Notes: generated by a model from the sequence alone, not told the origin. Positions 1 to 9,787 are shown, counted from the stretch's first letter. The stretch: DNA of 64,000 nt from Pseudomonadota bacterium (GCA_018623135.1 JAAZVW010000004.1:746-64745); one strand, 5' to 3'. Made by a program: numbers and translations.

Positions 1-1
1 T

Positions 2-403
2 GTAGAACTTGCTAAGGCAATTAAAGCCGATAAAACAGATAAAGAAGTTATGGAAGTGACTAAAAAACTTGCGCCAAAATATTTAGCAGGTTTAGAGCCT
101 AAAGAGAGGCTCGTTACTGCGCTTAAAGTGTTTCAGGCGGCGCAAATTATAGCAACATATGAGCTACCTTTTTTAGTAACGCTTACAGATTTTGAGCAAA
201 AACGTTATTCAGGATTACAAATTACACATGACCCCGTTTCGTGGTTGTTTTGGCTAGCTTCTTTTGTTATGACTTTTGGTGTTTACGCAATTTTATACGG
301 TAATTGGGTACGTGTTTGGGCGTATCAGAAAGATGGTGAAGTTACCATTTATGTAAATGCTCATAAAAATGAAGTGGAATGGTTAGATGCTTTTGCTGAA
401 TAA
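2..403 (+). CDS. C-terminal part of a ResB/Ccs1-like membrane protein (5-prime end outside window)
   Basis: The frame is open from the window edge to the M at 50. The C-terminus YSGLQITHDP + hydrophobic helix + WVRVW + NAHKN resembles the conserved ResB C-terminal block (recalled, not searched). Confidence 0.45.
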   Translation, partial: VELAKAIKADKTDKEVMEVTKKLAPKYLAGLEPKERLVTALKVFQAAQIIATYELPFLVTLTDFEQKRYSGLQITHDPVSWLFWLASFVMTFGVYAILYGNWVRVWAYQKDGEVTIYVNAHKNEVEWLDAFAE

Positions 404-953
404 GCTTAAAAATCTTTGGGGTGTTGGGCTTGTTGCTGCCGCTTTTGCATTGTTTATTTATGCGCTTAATTACACGCCTGAATATAAAATACAAAAAATG
501 AAGCTTACTTTTTTGCCTGGGTTTCAGAGTATTGGGTTAAATTATTATTTACCACATAAAGATTTTTATACATCTGTCGATGATATTTTAAAGTCGGGTC
601 AGCCTGTGCTTTTAACAAAAAAAATAAGCCTATATAAAGACAATGTGAAACTAGAAGATGTGCAGCAGCTTTATTTATTAAGATTTAGCTTGCTTGATAA
701 CACCTATTTATTAACAGATAAACAAATAGATTTAACGGTGCCGATAAGCGCCAATGGTTTTGCGCAAGAGGTTTTGGGGGTGCATCGCCTATGGTTAAAA
801 GCTAAAATGGAAAAGATACAAGGGCAGTATCGTTTAGAAGTAGAGCATAGCATGAAACCTGTGACTGAAGATGATACCCTGCTTGCAAACTTATATATGT
901 GGCAGATGAGCCAAGCCTTTAAGGCGGAGGGAACTTATGAAGTACTGGACTAA
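387..953 (+). CDS. hypothetical single-pass membrane protein
   Basis: 188-aa ORF with an N-terminal TM helix (WGVGLVAAAFALFIYAL). It overlaps both neighbours by 17 nt in an operon-like way. No motif recognised. Confidence 0.5.
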   Translation: MLLLNKLKNLWGVGLVAAAFALFIYALNYTPEYKIQKMKLTFLPGFQSIGLNYYLPHKDFYTSVDDILKSGQPVLLTKKISLYKDNVKLEDVQQLYLLRFSLLDNTYLLTDKQIDLTVPISANGFAQEVLGVHRLWLKAKMEKIQGQYRLEVEHSMKPVTEDDTLLANLYMWQMSQAFKAEGTYEVLD

Positions 954-3081
954 AATACTAAAACCAAATGCAGGGCAGATACTATTAGCTTTAGGTTTGT
1001 TTGCTATTATTGTTGCTGGTTTGGTTGCGGCGGTAAGCTTAACGGATAAAGCTCATGCCGGCGTAAATTACTTTTTAATGCTAAACTTGTATGTGTTGTT
1101 AAGTTTAATTGCGCTTATTTATATTAGTCGTAAACTTATTTCTGCTTTTTTAGAGCGTAAAAAAGGGCTTGAGAAGGCGCGCTTGCATTTGCGCTTTTTG
1201 GGATTACTGAGCTTTTTTGCTGTGGTGCCTGTGGCTGTGGTTGCGGCGTTTTCTATTATTTTATTGAATTTGGGTGTTGAGTCGTGGTTTTCGGCTCGTG
1301 TAGCGAAGTCTTTAGATGGGTCGGTTGAAGTGGCGCAGGCTTACTTAAGTGAGCATGGCCAAAGGCTTATGGGTGAAGCTGAATATTTTGCAGGTTCGGA
1401 TCAGGTTAAAAAAGCACTCTTTTTTAGAGATTTGGAACAGCTTGGGTTTGTCTTTGAAGCTCAGATTAAACGCAAACAATTTGCAGAAGCTTCTGTTTAT
1501 ACAAAAAAAGGTGAAGTGGTTTTGCATTACGGTGCGCTAGCGCCATTGTTGCCTGAGCGATTTGCTGCTGCGATGCAGACAAGTTCTGATGAATCTGTTT
1601 TGCTGACAGATTATAAAGGCCAGCGCATGATTGTGATGACACCTATTAATCAAAACCTTTACATGGTTTTAAGTCGGTGGATTAGCCCGCAGGTGTTGGC
1701 GCATTTAGGGCGCACGCGTGAGGCCTATCAGGAATACTATGGGTTAAAATCTGAAGTCGGTGATTTGCGCTTGTTGCTAACGGCCTTTTTTGTAATGGTT
1801 GTTTTGGCTGTACTTGCAGGTGCTGTGTGGGCAGGGCTTAACCTTGCTAGCCGTATTGTGCGCCCCTTGGGCGAACTTGTTAAAGCAACGAAAAAAGTAC
1901 GTGAAGGTGATCTTTCTGTACGTGTGCAACCACGGGATGATGATGAGGTGGGGGTGCTTACAAGCTCGTTTAACTTAATGACTGAGCGTATGGGTAAAAA
2001 CCAAAAGCTTTTAGAACAAAAAAATAGAGAAATTGCAGACCGTCGTGAAATGACAGAAGCTGTGATGCAGGGTGTAACTGCAGGCGTAATGCGCCTAGAT
2101 GAAAACGGTATTGTGCGTATGGCTAATGCTAAAGCCGAAGAAATGTTTGGTGTAAAATGCGGCGAACATATTAATAAGTTTGATGATGCCTTGGCTGAGC
2201 TTTTTAAGACCTTTAAGAATAAAGGATCTAAAGATGTATTAGTAAACCAAACGCAAACCTTTATTGGTGAGAAAAAATGTACTTTGCAGGTGCGTATGAT
2301 GCCGCAAACGGTAAGACGTGATAAAAAAATCTCTGCTATTGTGACCTTTGATGATATCTCTGAGCTTCTTTCTGCACAGCGTGTAGCTGCTTGGGCGGAT
2401 GTGGCACAGCGCTTAGCGCATGAGATTAAAAATCCGTTAACGCCGATTCAACTTTCTACGGAGCGTTTAAAACGTAAATATCTTAAAGAAATCCCCGAGG
2501 CTGAACAGGAGCTCTTTAAGCAGCTAACAGACACAGTAACGCAGCAGGTTGAAGATATGCGCTCGATGTTAAATGAGTTTAGCGACTTTGCACGTATGCC
2601 GCAGGCGCAGTTTGAGCAGGTGGATGTTGTGAAGATAATTAAAGAAGTTGCATTATTGCAACAGACGGCATACCCTGAGTTAAAAATACAACAGGAACTT
2701 GAAACGGGCTTATTTTTGTTAGCTGATCGTACGCAAATCAGCAGAATGCTTACGAATTTGGTACAAAATGCCATTAATGCCATAGAAGAAAACCCCAATA
2801 AAAATAAAGCAGAAGGGGTAATAAAAATTGTTGCATATAAACAACAAAGTGGTAAAATTGCCATAAATGTAACAGATAACGGTCCTGGTTTCCCTCAAGA
2901 GGTGGATCTCGATACTTTGTTTGATCCTTATATTACAACACGTAAGAAAGGAACGGGCTTGGGTCTTGCTATTGTAAGGCGCGTGGTAGACGAGCATGAG
3001 GGGCAGGTACGCTTAGAACGACTGAAGCAAGGCGGCAGTCAGGTAACAATAACACTCCCTACGGAAGAAGAGGGCAAATAA
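937..3081 (+). CDS. ntrY: NtrY-type sensor histidine kinase (TM-HAMP-PAS-HisKA-HATPase)
   Basis: N-terminal TM helices, a HAMP-like segment, the H-box HEIKNPLTPI, an N box (NLVQNAINA) and G boxes (DNGPGF, GTGLGLAIV). It sits immediately upstream of ntrX. Confidence 0.85.
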   Translation: MKYWTKILKPNAGQILLALGLFAIIVAGLVAAVSLTDKAHAGVNYFLMLNLYVLLSLIALIYISRKLISAFLERKKGLEKARLHLRFLGLLSFFAVVPVAVVAAFSIILLNLGVESWFSARVAKSLDGSVEVAQAYLSEHGQRLMGEAEYFAGSDQVKKALFFRDLEQLGFVFEAQIKRKQFAEASVYTKKGEVVLHYGALAPLLPERFAAAMQTSSDESVLLTDYKGQRMIVMTPINQNLYMVLSRWISPQVLAHLGRTREAYQEYYGLKSEVGDLRLLLTAFFVMVVLAVLAGAVWAGLNLASRIVRPLGELVKATKKVREGDLSVRVQPRDDDEVGVLTSSFNLMTERMGKNQKLLEQKNREIADRREMTEAVMQGVTAGVMRLDENGIVRMANAKAEEMFGVKCGEHINKFDDALAELFKTFKNKGSKDVLVNQTQTFIGEKKCTLQVRMMPQTVRRDKKISAIVTFDDISELLSAQRVAAWADVAQRLAHEIKNPLTPIQLSTERLKRKYLKEIPEAEQELFKQLTDTVTQQVEDMRSMLNEFSDFARMPQAQFEQVDVVKIIKEVALLQQTAYPELKIQQELETGLFLLADRTQISRMLTNLVQNAINAIEENPNKNKAEGVIKIVAYKQQSGKIAINVTDNGPGFPQEVDLDTLFDPYITTRKKGTGLGLAIVRRVVDEHEGQVRLERLKQGGSQVTITLPTEEEGK

Positions 3082-3083
3082 AG

Positions 3084-4415
3084 ATGACAACACAAGATAT
3101 TCTAATCGTAGATGATGAGCAGTCGATTCGCGACGCCATGTCTGGTCTTTTACAAGACGAAGGTTATACAACACGCACAGCGGAGTCTGGTCAGCAAGCG
3201 CTAGATATGGTTGCCGAAAAAACTCCTGACTTGGTGCTGCTTGATATTTGGATGGAAGGCATGGACGGTTTAGAAGTGCTTTCTCGTTTAAAACGCCGTG
3301 TGCCTGAACTGCCAGTTGTGATGATTTCTGGCCATGGTACAATTGAAACGGCTGTGCAAGCGACAATGAAAGGTGCTTACGACTTTATTGAAAAGCCACC
3401 ACAAGCTGAGCGTTTGCTTTTAACAATTAGCCGCGCCATTCGTGAATTTCAGCTACGCCGTGAAAACGTGCTTTTACGTGCAAAAACAGGCGAACAAGAA
3501 GAGCTACTAGGTTCTTCATCTGAAATTGCGACTGTACGCCACATGGTGAAACAGGTTGCTGCTTCTGAAAGCCGTATTATGATTGCAGGCGAGCCTGGTT
3601 CTGGTAAAGAAGTTGTGGCGCGTTTGGTGCATCGTATGTCTGCACGTGCAGATAAAAACTTTATCTCTTTAAGCCCATCTTCTGTTGATGATACAACATT
3701 TGAGTTAGCACTTTGGGGTGCTGTAGACCAAGGTTTTGGTGGTACTTTGTTTATTGATGAAGTGGCTGACTTAACACCAAATATGCAAGGTCGTTTGTTG
3801 CGCTTTTTACAAGAGTCTTACATTGAAGACCCGAAAACAGGTGCACACAAAGAAATTAACTTACGCTTTATCTCATCTTCTAGCCAGGATATGAAAACGC
3901 TTGTAGAGACTGGCCAATTCCGTGCTGATTTATACTATCGTTTAAATGTTGTGCCAATTGATGTGCCTTCACTTCGTGAGCGTTCAGTAGATATTCCGGC
4001 GCTTGTGCAACACTTTATTAAAACACTTTCTCCTGAAGGTACTGAATTACCAGATGTGTCTTCAGCTGCGATGTCGGTTATTTCAAGCTATGTATGGCCT
4101 GGTAACGTGCGTCAGCTTAAAAACGTTATTGAGTGGTTAACAATTATGCACCCAGGTGAGACGATTGTACCTGAAATGCTACCTTCTGAGCTAACACGCA
4201 CAGAAAGTGAAACACACCAAGATGTACTAGAACAAGTGGCAACACTGCCTTTGCGTCAGGCGCGTGAAACTTTTGAAAAATGCTACCTTAAGAGCCAGCT
4301 AAAACGCTTTGGTGGTAACATTTCTCGTACTGCGCACTTTGTGGGTATGGAGCGTTCTGCATTGCACCGTAAGCTAAAATCTTTAGGTGTTGAGACACGT
4401 TCTGACGATATCTAA
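3084..4415 (+). CDS. ntrX: NtrX-type response regulator (REC + AAA+ lacking GAFTGA + Fis-type HTH)
   Basis: REC domain (DDE..D..LLDIWM), Walker A GEPGSGKE and Walker B LFIDEV. There is no GAFTGA loop, as is typical for NtrX. C-terminal HTH (GNISRTAHFVGMERSALHRKLK). Confidence 0.85.
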   Translation: MTTQDILIVDDEQSIRDAMSGLLQDEGYTTRTAESGQQALDMVAEKTPDLVLLDIWMEGMDGLEVLSRLKRRVPELPVVMISGHGTIETAVQATMKGAYDFIEKPPQAERLLLTISRAIREFQLRRENVLLRAKTGEQEELLGSSSEIATVRHMVKQVAASESRIMIAGEPGSGKEVVARLVHRMSARADKNFISLSPSSVDDTTFELALWGAVDQGFGGTLFIDEVADLTPNMQGRLLRFLQESYIEDPKTGAHKEINLRFISSSSQDMKTLVETGQFRADLYYRLNVVPIDVPSLRERSVDIPALVQHFIKTLSPEGTELPDVSSAAMSVISSYVWPGNVRQLKNVIEWLTIMHPGETIVPEMLPSELTRTESETHQDVLEQVATLPLRQARETFEKCYLKSQLKRFGGNISRTAHFVGMERSALHRKLKSLGVETRSDDI

Positions 4416-4491
4416 TTTTGTAAGAAGGTGTTTTTGATGCTTATTTAAGGCGTGATTATACCTTTATACAGAATTTGAATAGGTTTATAAG

Positions 4492-4521
4492 ACAGCCTCT
4501 TGTTTAAGGGGCTGTTTTTTT
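4492..4521 (+). terminator. Rho-independent terminator after ntrX
   Basis: acagcctc/ggggctgt stem (one G-U pair), 8-nt loop, T7 run. Confidence 0.6.
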
Positions 4522-4606
4522 ATTTAAGCATCAATAGTGATTGAACTTTTTTGTAAATAAATTTATAGTGTAAGAATCTTGTAACCAATAATAAAAAAGA
4601 GTTCTC

Positions 4607-5953
4607 ATGAAGGTTATTGTCGTTGGCGCAGGGGAAGTTGGTTTAAACATTGCTCGTCATCTTGTAAATGAAGACCAAGATGTTGTTGTAATTGACCAAG
4701 ACCCTGAAAGTATCCGTTATATCTCAGATCAGTTAGATGTTCAGACGATTTGTGGTTTTGGCTCACACCCTGATGTATTAGAAGAGGCGGGCTGTGATTC
4801 TGCATCTATGCTTATTGCTGTGACGAACTCTGATGAAGTTAATATGGTAGCCTGCCAGATTGCTTATTCTTTATTTAATGTACCGACTAAAATTGCCCGT
4901 GTACGTGATTCTGCTTATTTAAGTATTGTGAGGCATCGTTTTTACACGCGTGAGCATATGCCTGTGGATGTGATTATTAGTCCAGAGCAAGAAGTGGCTA
5001 AAGCGGTATTGCGTACCATTGCTGTGCCAGGTGCTTTTGATGCGGAAACATTTGCTGATGAGCGCATGCATTTTATTGGTGTGCGTATGACTATGGAATC
5101 AAAAGTATACCGTGTACCTTTTGTGGAATATCCACAACATTTTGGTGATTATATCCGTATTATGGCGATTTATCGCAAAGGTCGTTTAATTGTGCCAACG
5201 GAATATGACCATATTGAAAAAGATGATGAAGTACACTTTTTGTGTGCCACAGAAGATACCCAGCGTTGTATGGATTTGTTAGGTTTTGAGACAAAGCTTA
5301 ACCGTCGTGCTTTGGTTATTGGTGGTGGTAATATTGGTTTGAAAGTTGCCTCTACCTTGGAACAGTCTTCTGTTAATACAAGGGTTTTAGAACGCAATGC
5401 GGAGCGTGCCCATGTACTTGCAGAACAGTTAACGCGTGCAACTGTTTTACAAGGTGATGCAATGGATAGAACCTTGTTACAGCAAGAAAATATTCAGGAT
5501 ATGGATGTTGTTGTGGCGTTAACGCAGGATGATGCAACGAATATTTTATCTTCTTTACAAGCGCAACAATTTAACGCCAAAAATGTGATTACCTTGGTGA
5601 ACAGATCTAGCTTTATGCCGATTATTCAGCCTTTGGGTTTGGATAAGATGATTTCACCGCGTGAGGTGACAGCATCTAAAATTTTACAATATGTGCGTCG
5701 TGGTAATATTGTTGCTTTGCATACGGTGCATGAGGGGGATTCTGAAGTTTTAGAGGTTGAGGTTTCTACCCATTCATCTATTGCAGGTACATCTATACAA
5801 AATATTAAATTGCCTGAAGGGGCGATGATTGGTGGCGTATTTAACCGTGATGGCGTTAAAATGGTAACCAAAGATTTGGTTGTGCATGCGGGTGATAGGC
5901 TTGTTATTTTTGCATCTACAGATGTGATTCATCAGGTAGAGGGGCTCATTTAG
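4607..5953 (+). CDS. trkA: Trk potassium uptake protein TrkA (two RCK/NAD-binding modules)
   Basis: MKVIVVGAGEVG and a second GGGNIG Rossmann motif; 448 aa; followed by trkH. Confidence 0.9.
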   Translation: MKVIVVGAGEVGLNIARHLVNEDQDVVVIDQDPESIRYISDQLDVQTICGFGSHPDVLEEAGCDSASMLIAVTNSDEVNMVACQIAYSLFNVPTKIARVRDSAYLSIVRHRFYTREHMPVDVIISPEQEVAKAVLRTIAVPGAFDAETFADERMHFIGVRMTMESKVYRVPFVEYPQHFGDYIRIMAIYRKGRLIVPTEYDHIEKDDEVHFLCATEDTQRCMDLLGFETKLNRRALVIGGGNIGLKVASTLEQSSVNTRVLERNAERAHVLAEQLTRATVLQGDAMDRTLLQQENIQDMDVVVALTQDDATNILSSLQAQQFNAKNVITLVNRSSFMPIIQPLGLDKMISPREVTASKILQYVRRGNIVALHTVHEGDSEVLEVEVSTHSSIAGTSIQNIKLPEGAMIGGVFNRDGVKMVTKDLVVHAGDRLVIFASTDVIHQVEGLI

Positions 5954-5957
5954 GTTT

Positions 5958-7406
5958 ATGTCTTACCCTGCAATATTTTTTATTTTAGGTGTGTTGTTAA
6001 GTGCGTATGGGCTTTTTATGTTTGTACCTGCCTTAGTTGCTTTATTTTATGGTGATGGTGATTTTGTAGGCTTTGTAGAAAGCGCACTTGTTTGTATTGT
6101 TGTTGGCGTTTCTTTAGTTGTTTTAAATAAAGGTAGAGGGCTTAACTTAACCCATAGGGATGGCTTTTTGTTAACGCTTTTGACTTGGGTGGGATTATCC
6201 TTTTTTGGGGCGCTGCCTTTTTATGCTTCGGGTACATCTCAAGGGTTTGTAAATGCGTTGTTTGAATCGGTTTCGGGGATGACGACAACTGGTGCAACGG
6301 TATTTACTGGTCTTGATGATATGGGGCATGGCGTACTTTTTTGGCGTTCTATGCAACAGTGGCTTGGGGGTATGGGTATTGTTGTATTAGCGATTGCTGT
6401 AATGCCGTTTTTGGGTGTAGGTGGTATGCAGTTATATAAATCGGAAATGCCGGGTGTGACTAAGGATAAGCTTCAGCCTCGGTTAAAGCAAACAGCATTG
6501 GCGTTGTGGTCTATATATTTTACTTTAACTGTTGTATGGGCTTGGCTGTATATTATTGCTGGTATGGAAGCTTTTGATGCTATTTGCCATGCAATGACAA
6601 CAATTGCCACTGGTGGCTTAAGTACCCATGATGCTTCTATAGCTTATTATGATTCTCCTTTAATTGAAACGATTGCCATTGCGGGTATGTTTATTGGTGG
6701 TATTAACTTTGCGTTTCATTATTTAGTGTTATCTAAGCGTAATTTTTCTATGTTTAAAGAAGATGAAGAGTTTAAAACTTGGGTGATGTTTATTGCTTTA
6801 GGTACTGCTTTTGTAAGCTTTGTACTTGTACGTGGGCAGGATATGGAAATAATTGAGGCGTTTAGAAAGTCCTTGTTCCAAGTGGTTTCTATTTTAACGA
6901 CCACAGGTTACACAACAGCTGATTATAATTTGTGGCCAGTTGCCGCAACAATTACCTTACTTGTTATGATGTTTATTGGTGGTATGACAGGCTCTACAAC
7001 GGGCTCTATGAAAATGCTGCGTGTGATTCTCATTATTAAGCAAGGGGCTCGTGAGCTTTATAGGCTGGTGCATCCGCATGGTGTAAGTCATGTGAAAGTG
7101 GGAAATAAAGTTGTTTCTGCTGAAGTATTGCATGCGATTTGGAGCTTTGCATCTTTATTTATTCTTTGCTTTGTTTTGGTTGCTTTGGGGCTAACGGCTT
7201 TGGGGGTTGATTTGGTGACTTCTTTTGCTGCGGCGGCTGCAACCATTACAAATGTAGGACCAGGTTTGGCAGAAGTAGGCCCTGCGGCGAATTATGCATT
7301 TTTACCTGATATGGGTAAGCTGCTTTTATGTGTTTCTATGTTATTAGGGCGTTTAGAAATTTTTACATTGCTGATTATTTTAACGCCAGCTTTTTGGAGG
7401 CAGTAA
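5958..7406 (+). CDS. trkH: Trk potassium transporter membrane subunit TrkH
   Basis: 482-aa polytopic protein with repeated selectivity-filter-like TTTG/TGG motifs (SGMTTTGAT, TIATGGLS, LTTTGYT). Confidence 0.9.
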   Translation: MSYPAIFFILGVLLSAYGLFMFVPALVALFYGDGDFVGFVESALVCIVVGVSLVVLNKGRGLNLTHRDGFLLTLLTWVGLSFFGALPFYASGTSQGFVNALFESVSGMTTTGATVFTGLDDMGHGVLFWRSMQQWLGGMGIVVLAIAVMPFLGVGGMQLYKSEMPGVTKDKLQPRLKQTALALWSIYFTLTVVWAWLYIIAGMEAFDAICHAMTTIATGGLSTHDASIAYYDSPLIETIAIAGMFIGGINFAFHYLVLSKRNFSMFKEDEEFKTWVMFIALGTAFVSFVLVRGQDMEIIEAFRKSLFQVVSILTTTGYTTADYNLWPVAATITLLVMMFIGGMTGSTTGSMKMLRVILIIKQGARELYRLVHPHGVSHVKVGNKVVSAEVLHAIWSFASLFILCFVLVALGLTALGVDLVTSFAAAAATITNVGPGLAEVGPAANYAFLPDMGKLLLCVSMLLGRLEIFTLLIILTPAFWRQ

Positions 7407-7410
7407 ACAG

Positions 7411-8070
7411 ATGCTACCTTTAAGTATTTTTGATGCGGTATTTTGGGATTGGGATGGCACAATTGTAGATACGTTCCCTGTGATTACGCAAGCTGTAAAT
7501 GCAGCACGAAATGCCTATAATTTAAAGCCCTTAACCTTGGAAGAAGTGCAGAATATAATTGGTAAACAAGGAAGGCTTGACTTTGCGCAGATGTTTGGTG
7601 TACAAGAAGCCTCCAACGCTGAAAAAGAATATTATAAAGCGATTCAAAAATTATCAGTACAAGAAATTAAGCTTAAAGAAGGGCGTAAAGAACTTTTAGA
7701 TAAGCTTAAACAAACAAACACACCTATGGCTGTTGTAAGCAATAAGCGGGGTGATTTGTTAAGAGCCGAAGTTGAGGCTTTAGGTTTAAATACATATTTT
7801 GGCGTTTGCATTGGCGCTGGAGATGTAGAAGAAGATAAACCAAATAAAGTGCCATTTGAAAAAGCAGCAAAGACTTTAAATGTATCACTTGATAAGGTTT
7901 GTTATGTAGGGGATGCGCCGGTTGACCATCTGGCTGCAGTAAATGCAGGAATGAAAACAGTTTTATTACTTGCTGGAGAAACACATTCTGGTAATGATTT
8001 AAATGACATACTTACATTTGGTAGGGTTGTAAAGTTTAAAGAGTTATCTTATCTGTTGAATATAGAGTAA
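7411..8070 (+). CDS. HAD-superfamily phosphatase (phosphoglycolate phosphatase-like)
   Basis: Motif I DWDGTIVDT, motif II VVSNK and motif IV GDAPVD. Confidence 0.7.
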   Translation: MLPLSIFDAVFWDWDGTIVDTFPVITQAVNAARNAYNLKPLTLEEVQNIIGKQGRLDFAQMFGVQEASNAEKEYYKAIQKLSVQEIKLKEGRKELLDKLKQTNTPMAVVSNKRGDLLRAEVEALGLNTYFGVCIGAGDVEEDKPNKVPFEKAAKTLNVSLDKVCYVGDAPVDHLAAVNAGMKTVLLLAGETHSGNDLNDILTFGRVVKFKELSYLLNIE

Positions 8071-8130
8071 TCTATATAAAAAGAGCATTAATTATATTAA
8101 TAAAAAAATAATAAGAAGGATTTCAAGGGG

Positions 8131-8373
8131 ATGCCCACAGTTATGGAAGAAAAGTTTATCGACCACTTAATCGCAACGCGTCAGGTTGTGACAGTGTTTT
8201 TGGTAAACGGTGTTAAGCTACAAGGTTATACTACATTTCAGGATGATGAATGCATTCTTATGACGCGTGATGGCCTTACGCAGCTTATTTATAAAAAAGC
8301 GATTTCCACAATTATGCCATCTGAGCCGATTCAGTTGATTGACCTTGATGTAAATTCTAGCGGTAATCGTTAA
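8131..8373 (+). CDS. hfq: RNA chaperone Hfq
   Basis: Sm motifs VTVFLVNGVKLQG and IYKKAISTIMP; followed by hflX. Confidence 0.9.
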   Translation: MPTVMEEKFIDHLIATRQVVTVFLVNGVKLQGYTTFQDDECILMTRDGLTQLIYKKAISTIMPSEPIQLIDLDVNSSGNR

Positions 8374-8394
8374 GTTAAGGTTTAAGCATAATTT

Positions 8395-9690
8395 ATGGCA
8401 ACAGTTGAACAACAGAAAGCTAAAGAGCGTGTAGCTGTTTTGCATGTGCAAGACAGCTCTGCTGATTTTAGGGAAGCCGCATACAGAACGCCACAGCTTA
8501 AATTAGATGAAGCCGTTAATTTAACATTGGCTTTAGATGTTGATGTGGTGGCATCTGACCTTGTGAACATTAAAAAATCTCACCCTCATGCTTATTTAGG
8601 TAAAGGTAAAGTTGATGAATTGACTGAATACTATGAAAGTATTGAGGTTGATTTGGTTGTTGTAAATACAAGGCTTACACCAACGCAACAGCGTAACTTA
8701 GAAGTGGCTTGGCAGAGAAAAGTAGTTGATAGAACAGGCTTAATTTTAGAGATTTTTGCCGATAGAGCCCGCACACATGCAGGCCGATTGCAGGTGCAGC
8801 TTGCACGCTTAAATTATGAACAAAGTAGGCTTGTACGTACTTGGACCCATTTGGAGAGGCAACGTGGTGGTTTAGGTAAAACAGGTGGCCCAGGTGAAAG
8901 ACAAATTGAGCTTGATAGGCGTATTATTAGAGACCGTATTACCCAAATTCGTAAAGAATTAAAAGATGTTGAAAAAACACGCCATCTACACCGTAAAGCA
9001 CGCACCAAAGCAGGTTTGCCTGTTGTGGCGCTTGTGGGGTATACCAACGCAGGTAAGTCTACGTTATTTAATGCTCTTTGCGGAGATGAAGAGACGTTAA
9101 GTAAAGATATGCTTTTTGCGACCTTGGATCCGTTAATGCGTAAAATTAAGTTGGAATCGGGTCGGGAGATTATTTTATCGGATACGGTGGGGTTTGTTTC
9201 GGACTTGCCGCATGAACTTGTAGAAGCTTTCCATGCGACTTTAGAAGAAGTTGCGGCCGCGGATGTATTATTGCATGTACATGATGCGTCATCTGAAGAT
9301 GCTGTGATGCAAAATAATGATGTTGCTGAAGTGCTTGAAATGTTAGAGGCGCATAAATTACCACGCATTGATGTGCTTAATAAAATGGATCTTGTAGAAG
9401 GTGAGCTTAGTATTGAGCTTGAAGGGGTGCAGACTTCTGCTGTAACCAATGAGGGGCTTTCGACTCTTAAAGCAACCATAGAAAAAGCGCTGTCTAAAAA
9501 CGAAGTATTGGTAACCTATAAAATACCTGTTGCCCATGGTAAGGCTATTGCATGGTTGCATGCGCAGGGGCAAGTTCTTTCTTCTGATTTTGAAGAGGCG
9601 GTGAATGTGATTCAGGTTAAGCTTTCTCAAGAAGATAAGAATATATTTGAGGCGGTGATCTTTAACCCAGAAGTTGAAGGCATTGGCTAG
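8395..9690 (+). CDS. hflX: GTPase HflX
   Basis: HflX N-domain plus G1 GYTNAGKST, G3 DTVGF and G4 NKMD. Confidence 0.9.
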   Translation: MATVEQQKAKERVAVLHVQDSSADFREAAYRTPQLKLDEAVNLTLALDVDVVASDLVNIKKSHPHAYLGKGKVDELTEYYESIEVDLVVVNTRLTPTQQRNLEVAWQRKVVDRTGLILEIFADRARTHAGRLQVQLARLNYEQSRLVRTWTHLERQRGGLGKTGGPGERQIELDRRIIRDRITQIRKELKDVEKTRHLHRKARTKAGLPVVALVGYTNAGKSTLFNALCGDEETLSKDMLFATLDPLMRKIKLESGREIILSDTVGFVSDLPHELVEAFHATLEEVAAADVLLHVHDASSEDAVMQNNDVAEVLEMLEAHKLPRIDVLNKMDLVEGELSIELEGVQTSAVTNEGLSTLKATIEKALSKNEVLVTYKIPVAHGKAIAWLHAQGQVLSSDFEEAVNVIQVKLSQEDKNIFEAVIFNPEVEGIG

Positions 9691-9724
9691 TTTTGCTGGT
9701 TAATTGATCGGATAATTAAAAAAA

Positions 9725-9751
9725 TTAGCACTCAAAATGAATGAGTGCTAA
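9725..9751. promoter_or_regulatory. CIRCE element (HrcA operator) upstream of groES
   Basis: Exact match to the consensus TTAGCACTC-N9-GAGTGCTAA (ttagcactc aaaatgaat gagtgctaa), 83 nt upstream of the groES start. Confidence 0.9.
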
Positions 9752-9759
9752 TTTTTTTG

Positions 9760-9787
9760 TTGAAATCTTGATGATGATGGGTAAAAT
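9760..9787 (+). promoter_or_regulatory. possible sigma70-like groESL promoter
   Basis: TTGAAA-N16-TAAAAT located between CIRCE and groES. This is a motif match only. Confidence 0.3.

Noticed and set aside
8814-9479. 221-aa minus-strand ORF inside hflX. The same applies to the antisense ORFs at 10257-10625, 11505-11756, 25320-25667, 26754-27077, 27350-27661, 27890-28228, 36821-37372, 37635-38027, 40357-40656 and 48934-49359.
   Set aside because: All lie entirely antisense to strongly supported conserved genes. Their translations are low-complexity and Ser/Ala/Cys-rich, as expected from antisense frames, and they have no SD or motif support.
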